NCBI RefSeq assembly: GCF_964188315.1
Contig: NC_135660.1
Location: 39,432,001 to 39,496,000, forward strand
DNA: 64,000 nt
Source: Podarcis muralis
Taxonomy: Eukaryota
Direction: 5' to 3'
Position numbers and translations under genes: made by a program. How positions within the stretch are numbered: the first letter of the stretch is position 1; each line of letters starts with the position of its first letter. Positions 54,301 to 64,000 of this stretch are shown here, piece after piece. The notes under the pieces were generated by a model that worked only from the letters and a program-made list of their open reading frames with translations, did not search any database and had not been told where the DNA came from.

Positions 54301-57300
54301 CATAACACTCACTTTTTTCCTCCTAAAAAGTAAGGGGAAATGTCTGTGAGTGTTATGGAGGGAATGCCTATGGGTGGCATGCCTACAGATTTTCCTCCTC
54401 TAAAAACTACATGCGTGTTATGGTCGGGTGCGTGTTATAAAGCGAAAAATACGGTACTTAACTATTAACAATAAGGCATGAGTGGCAGGCTAAATGAAGA
54501 AAACAGTGAGGAAAAGGATGGGCTTCGCCAGCATAAAACTGCAAGCTTATTTAGTATCAGAAATTTTACAACATTATGAAAAGTTTGTGACATTCTACAG
54601 CATTGAACTCTTTACCTTTTCGAATTCTTCTACCATTCCATCTTTCAGTATATTGCATTCGATGCTTTCTCTTTCTTTTTCTTTTTCTCTTTCTCTTTAC
54701 TGCATTTGTTGTTCCTTAAGAAAATGTTTCCAATTAATTACACACACTTATTTCTAGTTCCTTCTTCACGCTGCATTAAAGACAGTGCCCAGTGCTAGAC
54801 GAACTCCATGAAGCCTTTGAACTGTTCTGGAAACCCTACCACATTTTAAATCATAATTTGGTGAAACATTATCCAAATTTCCCAAACCAGAAAACAGCAC
54901 TTAAGAGCTTTGGAACAAGCCAGGATATTAAGCGATAGCTTAATACTCTACTTGTTTTAAAGCTTTTCACTATAGTTTCCTGGTTCAGATGAAATGGAAA
55001 TATAATTAATGAAAGACTTTCTGGTTTGTTTGCTGGCTCTTTGCATGACCAACCTCTCTTCCCTGAACTACATGCCTTAAACTCCCCTACATATCCTTGT
55101 TGTTACTCACGGCCATTTCCTAAGGAGTAATCCGGATCACTTTCATCTGTGGAAGTTGATAATTCACTGCTGTTCGCTTCTGAAGTAGAGTTATTTCCAG
55201 CATTCTGGGTAACTAAAAATGTATTATTATTAATAATTAAAATTGCATACTGCCCTTCATCCAAAGATCACAGGGCAGTTTACAATATAAAAATATAAAA
55301 TGAGAACACAAAATACATAACAAAAGAACAGACATACGCCAATAACCATCCTCGCATAAACACATTTTAAAAGCCATAGATTACATAATCAGCTGAAGGC
55401 CTGGCTATAGAAAAATATTTTAGCATGGCATCTAATGTATGTTGAATATCTGTAAAGCTATGTCTGCATATTCATCATAATTTTGAAGCCTTTATTGCTT
55501 TCTCTCATCACCTGTGCAGCAGCTTTCTTAACATAAAAGCAGCCCTGTATTCCCAAAAACCGCAGTTTTTTGGGGGTGGGAAGGGGGGAGCTACTGATGG
55601 CGAACCTTTTAAAGACCAAGTGCTCACTTCTGGATTTCCGCAACATGGTGAGCGGACTGCGAATCTGACGGCTCCGTTAGATTCGGCTTCATGGAGCCTG
55701 GGGGAAGAGCACTAGGGCGAAGCACCTCCCCAAAAAACCCCAAGAGGAGCATTGGGGGGTCTCGGGGTCCTGCGGCTCACAGACGGCATTGCCGGTCCCT
55801 GCTCCTGTTTCGAAAGGAGCAGAGAGTGCCGGGGAAGCCGAGCACACCGGTGAGCTAGGCACCATTGCGGCTGTGTAGAAGCAAGCCTCTGATCCAGCCA
55901 CAAGCGGAAGTCTTTCCAACAATTGTGCCGATTGAAAGGTGAGGAATCTGACTAATGTGACTGACTAATTTGGCGAATCTGGCAAGAAAATGGGAGTGAT
56001 AAAAGAAAGTCCACTCCCATTCTGGGTGCTGTGAGCACCAAATACATACAAGCGAAGTGTGGATGAAATTTACTTTGGGAGATAAGTTAACTAATAAGTG
56101 ATTAGAATAAAAGAAATACGCATAGCTTTTGTTCATACCACTCTCAAGGCTTTTTAAACAAGATATTGACCTGAACTTAATCTGAACTTGACTGGATCCT
56201 ATGGAACTTGATGTAGAATGCAGGATAAATCTGAGAAGGATTACAATGTTTCTTGAAGGAAGAAAACTGCATTTTTATTTTTATTTTTGAAGATTAGCAC
56301 TTGGGAAATCATATAACTTTGAGAGAGAAACTTATGTTCTATAAAAGTGCTGAAGACGTCTAACCTAATGGAATTATAACTGTCATTTAATTTATTAAAA
56401 GGCACTTGCTGGCTAAAATCAAGATCAAAAGAAGAGGACTACAACATCCATTATTAATACTGGACTAAATTAGAATCAGGTCGGCGGTTCGAATCCCCGC
56501 AACGGGATGAGCTCCCATTGTTCGGTCCCTGCTCCTGCCAACCTAGCAGTTCGAAAGCACGTCAAAGTGCAAGTAGACAAATAGGTACCGCTCCGGCGGG
56601 AAAGTAAACGGCGTTTCCGTGCGCTGTTCTGGTTCGCCAGAAGCGGCTTAGTCATGCTGGCCACATGACCCGGAGGCTGTACGCTGGCTCCCTCGGCCAA
56701 TAAAGCGAGATGAGCACCGCAACCCCAGAGTTGGCCACGACTGGACCTAATGGTCAGGGGTCCCTTTACCTTTACCTAAATTAGAATCAATATTTAATTG
56801 TATAGACTTATTATATTGAATATATAGAAATGATTTGGATGTGAATGGATGTCAAGATTTGAATATATAACTGTTATAAATTATATTTGTGAGTAAGTTG
56901 GGAGAGGGGAGGGATAAAGTTGGAAGCACTGGTTTCCTCTTCTGAACCTAGTGAAATGTCCTTGGCAAAGTATTGACAAAGCTAAAAATAACACTATTAG
57001 TGGTGGGAAAGGACTTTTTGTTTTAAAAGTAAACCCTGGAGGAAGCTGGGAAACAGGGAGAGTTAGCCCCCCTTTACTCCAAACTAGAAATGGCAGAGGA
57101 AAAAATCCATATGTTAAAACAAACAAACCAGGCCGTAATGCAAAAGAACGTAAGAGATGAATTGTATGATTTTCTTTTAGACATGAAAAGAGAACTGTTT
57201 GATCAGATAAAAGATGTTAATAAGGCAGCTTCTCAAATCTGTAAAAGTAATAACATACTTGCAGAGGCTGTGGGACAAATAAAAGAGTCAAACACACAAA

Positions 57301-59705
57301 CCACCAACGTGAAAATGGTAGAGAGACAAAGAAAAGTAAGAGTAATTCAAGACAAAAATGGTATTACAGTTATAACTCATGTTGCGTCTGCTTCAGGTTA
57401 TGTCTTTTCAAGTTGCGTCCTGCGGGAACCTGGAAGTACAATTACTTCCCGGTTTCACCGCTCACCCATGTGCAGAAGCGCTACGCATTCTGGATGCGAA
57501 TGCTTTGAGTTGCGGATGTGCCTCCAGGACAGATTACATCTGCAACTCGAGATTTGGGAGACTTTGACTGTGATAGAGAAGAAGCAGGAAGGGAAGGTAA
57601 AATGCATAAGAGCTACTATATGTGGTGGCAATGTAAAATTATTAAAAAGGCCTGGGAAAAGACATAATAAAAACTTGAAGAGTATGTGGGAAATGATTAA
57701 TGTTAAAAAAAAAACCTGAAATCACCAGCAGGGGAAAATAAATGCAATTCAAATTGGGGAAAATAAATACAGTGAATTTCTTCTCCTGCATGGGTCCTTC
57801 CAATTCCTGGATCCAGCAATCTAATGGAGGATTCTTTTGTTGAAGTAGCCAGGCAGGGGCCACACTAGCCCCAAAGTACTGCATGGGTTGTTAGTACATT
57901 GGTACCTCTGGTTGTGAACGGGATGAAAGGAACACAACCTGCAGCGACGTGTCTGTGCATGCCCGGGTTGCGATTCACCGCTTCTGCACATGACGTCATT
58001 TTGCAAATGGGTGGTAAGAAGGACAAAAGTCAGCATGGTATGTGAGAGCAGGAATTAGAAGCAGGCTGCAGGCAAAAGCCTGAGAGGGAGAGCCATGCTT
58101 CGTTTCTGCTTGAATCCAAGGCTGTGGCAATGGGAGAAGCAAGACCATCTGGGCATGACTGTAGCCAAGACCATCTGGGCATGACTGTAGACAGCCGCCC
58201 CCCTTAAATCAAGTAAATAAATAAATGAACTGACAGTGTCGCAGATAGCTTGGTTCTGCACCCCTCCCAAAACATAAATCCTGGCTACACCCATATGAGC
58301 TGTTACTACTTTGAGTCCCAAGCCCCAGGAGGTTGTAAATATGACAAATGCTTAAAAGGAGTATGCTTCGTATTTTACTGCTCTTAAGATTGCCACAGCT
58401 TGAAGCGCCAAGGAGAGGGTAGTGGTGCCCAACCTGTGGAATGCCCTCCTACCAGATGTCAAAGAATTAAACAACTACAGTATCTGACTTTTAGAAGACA
58501 TCTGAAGGCAGCCCTGTTTAGGGAAGCTTTTAATATTTGATGAATTGTTGTATTTTAATATTTTGCTGGAAGCTGCCCAGAATGGCTGGGGCAACCCAGC
58601 CACATGGGTGTGGTATAAATAATAATAATATTAATAATGGTTATTATTATTCTTACACATCTTTTCCAAACTTTGGAAGGCAGGAAAAACTTCATAGAAT
58701 CATAGAGTTGGAAGAGACCACAAGGGCCATCGAGTCCAACCCCCTGCCAAGCAGGAAACACCAGCAGAGCACTCCTGACATATGGTTGTCAAGCCTCTGC
58801 TTAAAGACCTCCAAAGAAGGAGACTCCACCACACTCCTTGGCAGCAAATTTCACTGTCAAACAGCTCTTACTGTCAGGAAGTTCACCACTTGTACAGTGG
58901 TACCTCGGGTTAAGAACTTAATTCGTTCTGGAGGTCCGTTCTTAACCCGAGGTACCACTTTAGCTAATGGGGCCTCCCGCTGCCACCGCACAATTTCTGT
59001 TCTCACCCTGAAGCAAAGTTCTTAACCCGAGGTACTATTTCTGGGTTAGTGGAGTCTGTAACCTGAAGCATCTGTAACCCGAGGTACCACTGTACTGTAC
59101 ATATGTACATATGGGGGGGGGGGTTACTGTGTGACACGGATGCAAATCTGATCGTTATTTTCAAAAGAAGCCAACGTCCCCATGTTTTGGAGGAAGCACA
59201 TTAGCAGAGTGTGACCAGCCCTTTGTACTCTTGCTCGCTCACCACTTGTAAGGAGAATCTTCACTTTCTGGGTCTGATAATATTAAGCAAATAACTGTGA
59301 CGTGGCTGTTAATGAAGCACATCCTCTGGAGGCTGGCATTTTGAGAAGGGCTGCTTTACTTCCTTCGCTCCTGCCCACACAGTTCCCCGCTTAAACTCGA
59401 ATTTCCCGCTCAATCCCTCCCGGCTCCCAGGCTTCCCCAGCGGGCGCTCCCGCCTCGCTTAGGACGCGGGTGGTGGGCGCACAAGGGCCAGGGAGCCCCT
59501 TATAAGGGTCTTCCAATCCGGGTTACAAAACGACGGCCCGAGAAAGCCTATGGGACGGGGCGGCGACTCCGCCAACACCGTCTGAGACTGAAGCAGCAAC
59601 TCCTTCCCCTGTATGGGAATGAACCGGGCACTTACTTCCCTCTTTCGCCTTGGCATTGGTCAGAGCAGAGGCGCGAGGCGCCGAGGCACCAGCGCCACCT
59701 TCCAT
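51391..59705 (-). CDS. SP100/SP110/SP140-family SAND-domain nuclear protein, N-terminal and SAND exons: 59705-59636, 55212-55111, 54714-54616, 53975-53868, 52348-52206, 51438-51391
   Basis: GT-AG exons join in frame: MEGGAGASAP..., an acidic Ser-rich exon, a KRKRKRKRKRK NLS exon, SAND (LLVHCGQVKGVLYKEKL-AAGISQKSIKSSDGKWFTPPEFEAEGERESWKSWKRSIRHKGLPLEKLI), then SGYLPNPKRIYGRRKK, the typical post-SAND segment of SP proteins. The exon 1 link across a 4.4-kb intron is inferred. Confidence 0.85.
51725..51933. mobile_element. Tc1/pogo MITE
   Basis: cagtggtacctcgggtt TIRs with TA flanks. Confidence 0.9.
52458..52630 (+). mobile_element. 5'-truncated Sauria-type SINE
   Basis: Matches the 3' half of the other copies, ending in gggtccctttacctt. 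Confidence 0.8.
54286..54454. mobile_element. Tc1/pogo-type MITE, third family
   Basis: TIRs ccgtattttt...aaaaatacgg with TA flanks. Confidence 0.8.
55625..57800 (+). mobile_element. Internally deleted L1-clade element: CpG-rich 5'UTR, ORF1 start, truncated MITE, ORF2 end fragment
   Basis: GC-rich leader at about 55625-55900; coiled-coil ORF1-like start at 57090; MITE at about 57367-57551 missing its right TIR; then YMWWQCKIIKKAWE (ORF2 Cys-rich end) in another frame. Boundaries are approximate. Confidence 0.55.
56479..56775 (+). mobile_element. 5'-truncated Sauria-type SINE inside the L1 leader
   Basis: 14-bp TSD ctaaattagaatca at 56465-56478 and 56776-56789. Confidence 0.88.
58690..58890 (-). 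mobile_element. CR1 3' end
   Basis: catagaatcatagagttggaagagaccacaagggccatcgagtccaacccc, the antisense CR1 tail. Confidence 0.8.
58895..59092. mobile_element. Tc1/pogo MITE
   Basis: cagtggtacctcgggtt TIRs with TA flanks. Confidence 0.9.
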
Positions 59706-59765
59706 GAAAACAGCCGAGCGCCGCCAGACTACCCGAACTGTCTTTCTCGGCCGAGGTATTCAGCA

Positions 59766-59792
59766 GAAACGAAAGTGAAGACATCACTTCCG
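59766..59792. promoter_or_regulatory. ISRE/IRF-like element with an adjacent ETS motif in the CpG-island promoter of the SP-like gene
   Basis: GAAACGAAAGTGAA at 59766-59779 and CACTTCCG at 59785-59792, 60-90 bp upstream of the ATG at 59705, in CpG-rich sequence (about 59400-60330). Confidence 0.6.
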
Positions 59793-61548
59793 CAATGAAC
59801 TTGAACGAGGATTGCTATTTGTTTCTTGCGGACTCGTTTAGCGCGGGGAGGCGGAGAACTGGTCGCTCTGCCCTTAACGCCTTTCTCAGGAGATGAAATG
59901 CCCATTCCCTCGCTCTCCCACACCTGTCGCAATAGGTTTTGCCCATAAAGCGTGTCTCCCTCGACGAAACGTTATGCACTCTTTTGTCACACACGCACAC
60001 GTGTCGTTCTAGCGGAGCTCTGCTCTGTCTCCACCCCTCGTGGTCCGCCAGGGCTTTCCAGGACACGTGAACTGAGCATACACTCCAGTGCGTGCGCATC
60101 GTCTGTACAGAGGAGGACTCGCACGAATTCCTTCGCCAAAGTGCCTTTCTCCTTGCAATACATCAAAGCGGTGCTGCAGCCTTGAGAATCATGACGCGGA
60201 TAATTCCTATCTCTTCTATAAACTGTTTTAGTTAGTCTCGCTACTGACTTGTCGATGGATGTTAGCACGCTCAGTGAAGCAGCTTGATCCACGATCGGAG
60301 TATAGAGAGGCTTGGCAGGGCGCAAGACTTTGGCGGAGAAAATGGATTGATTGATTGATTGATTGAGGATTCAGTCTCTTTCTCGTGTTCAACTTTCACA
60401 TGGGGCTGGCAAGTTAATGGACTTGTTGCTTTTCAGTGGAAGTCCTTTTGGGGTTGGGGCAAAGATGCTGAGCTTTTTTTAGTTTTGCCCAGATATTTTT
60501 TTCAGCAAAAATGCAAAAAATGCTGTTTATTTTTATGGAAGATAGGCCAAAACGGCACTGCCAACACGGGCTGCCATACATCCGTATTTTCCCAGACATT
60601 TACCAGATTTCCACCAGGACACTGCTAGAGACAGCTGTATTCCATATATGTCCTGGAAATGCCAGATGGATTGCAACCCTACAATAGTCCAATGACAGCA
60701 TATTCTTCAGGCAGTAAGAAAGCCAACAAGCCCTCTCCCTTTCCCATATTTTCACTTAAACTGCTCTCACACATATATTCAAGATGTCGAGTTGGTAGGA
60801 AGACTGGAAGGTGTCCCAATGCAGATGCTTCTTTTTTGCCTCTAATCCTGTGCCTAAAAAGAATAATTTAGCAGGTGATGTTCTTCCTGCCACTTATCTT
60901 TACCACTGAAAAAACATATGTCAAATTTTTGGCTGCTAAAGAAATAGAAGGGCCAAGAAAAGAAGAGTCAACTAGAGTTGTGCAAAGCCAGCTATTTTAT
61001 TTCCATGAAGTCTTCTATATTTCACATCTTTACATGCACAAATGTGCCTTATTGCAGGTTGCTCACTTAATTCACATTTTCAACAAAAATTACATTTTCT
61101 AGTCCTAATGCAAAAGCTAGTGATTAAACTTAGCAAAATCCCCTTTCTCTTGAGCATTGTTCATTTCCTTGTTACAGAGAGGGGGCTTCTCCCACTCCCT
61201 GCAGCAGTGTAGAAAGCTTGATACATCAAACAGTACAGTGCATATGAAGAAATTAGCCATCTTTTATCTGCTTCAAAGTACAGCTGCACTAAAGAAAAGC
61301 GGAGCCATTGATTTGAGACAATTAATGCAGATGTGTATTAGGAATAAAACGGAAGCTGGCCCAACAATTCATTTTTTAAAAAGTGACCTGGGCTACTTTG
61401 GTACCACATCCTTTTCCATTTTCCTTTTCAACAAATATTTTATCTGTTTTCAGAACTGTGGTAAAAAAATAATGAGGACAAGGACAAATACTTAACGTGT
61501 GGACTGTAATTTCCTTTCTGGGCCCGCCTCCCTCCTTGTTCATTCCCC

Positions 61549-61890
61549 TTGAAAGAGTGCAATCCAAACTCCTCAGAGCCCTTCTACGTTCCTAGATGCG
61601 TTTCAAATGCATGGGTCAGACTAGAAGCAGGGATGATGAAAGTCGAAGATCTTATTAGTCTAACCTCAATATATAAGTGGCTAACTCTGAAACTGCTCCC
61701 CCAAGGAATAGCCCCATTGATTCTGAGTGACCAGTTTCAGTCTGGCTGGCAGACAGCAGTCTTAAACACTCTTCAGAAACTGGGACTTGCTCCCCAAACC
61801 CTCATAACTATGGGCCTGGGGCAAGCTAGATCCATGGTTAGGCAAAGAATCATGGACATAGAGACAACAGGACTGTACAAGGGTCCCTGA
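61549..61890 (+). mobile_element. Probable non-LTR retrotransposon fragment downstream of the RT domain
   Basis: KLGL...MGLGQARSMVRQRIMDIE resembles LINE C-terminal segments I recall from reptile genomes. Not verified. Confidence 0.35.
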
Positions 61891-64000
61891 TTATAAAATC
61901 ATAGAAAATGGGAGATACATAGCCACTCCAGCAACATATCTCTATTTCCTCACATCCAGAAACGCAAGAAGGGCTTTCACTCTTGCTAGAAGCTCGACCT
62001 TGCCCTCACCGGTTCTGGAAGGCTCCTATAGAAGAGTCCTGTATGCACAGAGACTTTGCACCTGTCCATTAGGGGAAATAGGAAGCCCTGAACATATATT
62101 TTTTAGATGTCCTTTTTATGTTGAGATTTTAGAGACACCACTGATCCTTTGCTGAAGAGGCTCACCGATCTTTCAGACAAGTCTAAACTTAATTCTCTCC
62201 TCTTAGGCAAAGATCACAAGGCTACCTGGTTGGTAGCCAGATTCTGTACCCAGATTTGTAGGCACAAATCAACCTCTAGAATAAAATAGCTTACTAGGGA
62301 CATGCTGAAGTCGCCCTTTGGGGTGCCCCAGGGTCAATTTTTATGGTAGCCCAAATCTCAGTTGTACAGGTGTATGTATATATCTCAATTTTAACTCATG
62401 AGCTATTGCTGCAATCTGCTCTGATTGTATATTTTATCTTTATGAACGATGTTTTTATTGTGTTATGTGAGCTGGTCTTTGACCATAATAAATTATCTAT
62501 AACATGTGTGGACTGTAATTTCCCAAACACCTACAAACAATACATGGTTGAAAACAGTGAGTCAGACATTTAAGCCGAGTGTATTTCACAAGTGGAGTAG
62601 ACAATAAACTACCCCACATATAAATGGAAACCTTACTCTGTCAAATTGGTCATGTTTTGTGACATATCTGATTATTCATTTATGCTGTGTTATGTGTTTC
62701 TGAAAGTGCTATTGCTTGTCAAGCAAACCACTTACCATGAGTGCCCCTGAATCTTTTTCGTATGAGCTCCCACAGGGGCGTGAAGGCCAAATCTTTATGT
62801 AGCACTGAAAGGTGTGGGTCAGTTTGGTTTACAATGAAGCCAAGACCAGACATCACATCCTCTGATATGAAAGCCTTGTCCTTAATCACTGGTGGGTTGG
62901 TCAGAAGCCTGAGTGTTTTGACTTAGGGCTCATCCACACTTCCGATTACCATATACCCTGATGTTTACCACTGAATCGGAGCATCAGTCCAGTGGATGGA
63001 TGTTTGCTCTGATTCAGTGGTAGAGAGTGGGTTTCCCCAAGGAAAGTGGAAGGGCTCAGTCCCGTGCCTAGAAAGCAGAAAACTCTCAGGCCCATGATTT
63101 CTAGATGTGGGGCAAATGAAGAATGGACGAGCCCTTAGTGTTGAGCAACTGGCTTGAAGTGATACCACCTGAAGACCGTTTTGCTAGTCTCAACCAACTC
63201 CAGGTACTTATTTCAGAAGCTGCCTGGCCAGAGAGGTGAGCAGCTGGCTTGGAGTTAAGATGCTTGACCTGTTACCCCTGGATAAATCATCTAGTGAGTA
63301 CCTTGAGCCATGATGGCCACAGGAGCTTATGAGTAGCAAATAGGCTTTTGTAACACCTGCTCCTGGTTCCTTGTTCCTGCTGTGGTGGAGATGAGCAGAG
63401 AGCAGGATTGACAGATGGAACAGCTCTAGACTAAGCAGCTTCCTCCCGTGGACACGAACATCTGGCTTCAAGGTGGCTTCTGAGGGGAATTTTGTGATGC
63501 TGTTCTCCAACCAAAGAAAATTTACAAAAATGGATATATACTAGGGGCAACTGCATTAAAATGGATATAGTATTGCAAATAACATACAAAAAATACATTA
63601 TGGCTTGCAAAAATATGCACTTCGGTCAAAACTGCATACAAAGATGTGTTTACTTTGCACTAAAATGCTGTAGAATTCTCATGAGGATTAAAAAAAAATA
63701 AAATTCTCAAATTGCTACAGAAATGGAATGGAAAAATGACAAAAAGAGAACCGAAAATGACAAATCCCACCACTCCTAATGGGAACATTTTGGCCAAAAG
63801 GGAGAACATTTCACTGAGTTCTTGTGTTACATAGATTGCATTTGAGACTGTGTTGACATGAATTTAAATTAGACTTGTTTTATATTTTGATCTAGGCTAT
63901 GTTTTGTTACTGGACGGATACTTCGTGTTGAGTTGCTCTTACTATTTTGTTTAGTAAATTTGGGCTGCCTTCAAGCAGCTATTTACAAATAGAAAACGCT

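Noticed and set aside
57090-57719. 209-aa ORF as a novel fusion gene
   Set aside because: It is a chance read-through of L1 ORF1 start, MITE and out-of-frame ORF2 remnant, with no splice or promoter support beyond the element.
59243-59273. 31-nt candidate exon 2 of the SP-like gene
   Set aside because: It has good splice signals but shifts phase 1 to 2, and I found no compensating exon.
62736-62910. DKAFISED as part of an SP100 HSR domain
   Set aside because: The flanking residues do not fit the HSR consensus and the frame is closed just upstream.

Overview
Vertebrate genomic DNA, most likely a lacertid-type lizard (inferred from Sauria-type SINEs and squamate MITE/LINE families). I reconstructed four genes by hand from splice sites and reading frame. 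(1) SCLY, selenocysteine lyase: minus strand, 12 coding exons, 6313-19664. (2) An unnamed plus-strand gene head-to-head with SCLY across one CpG island, with an intact 292-aa ORF (24118-24996) resembling the N-terminal part of a hATm-like DNA transposase; a candidate domesticated gene. (3) AIRE: plus strand, 31738-45511, 13 coding exons; the equivalent of human exon 5 (first part of the SAND domain) is not detectable. (4) An SP100/SP110/SP140-family SAND gene: minus strand, about 47411-59705, tail-to-tail with AIRE. It has an ISRE-like promoter, no visible CARD/HSR or PHD-bromodomain, and apparently ends in octapeptide repeats plus a coiled coil. The rest is introns and intergenic DNA rich in Tc1/pogo and hAT MITEs, Sauria SINEs, and L1, CR1, L2-like and RTE fragments, including a 5'-inverted (twin-primed) L1 and a SINE nested in a SINE. 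Most short ORFs in the supplied track are intronic or repeat noise. Family assignments come from remembered motifs, not from searches.
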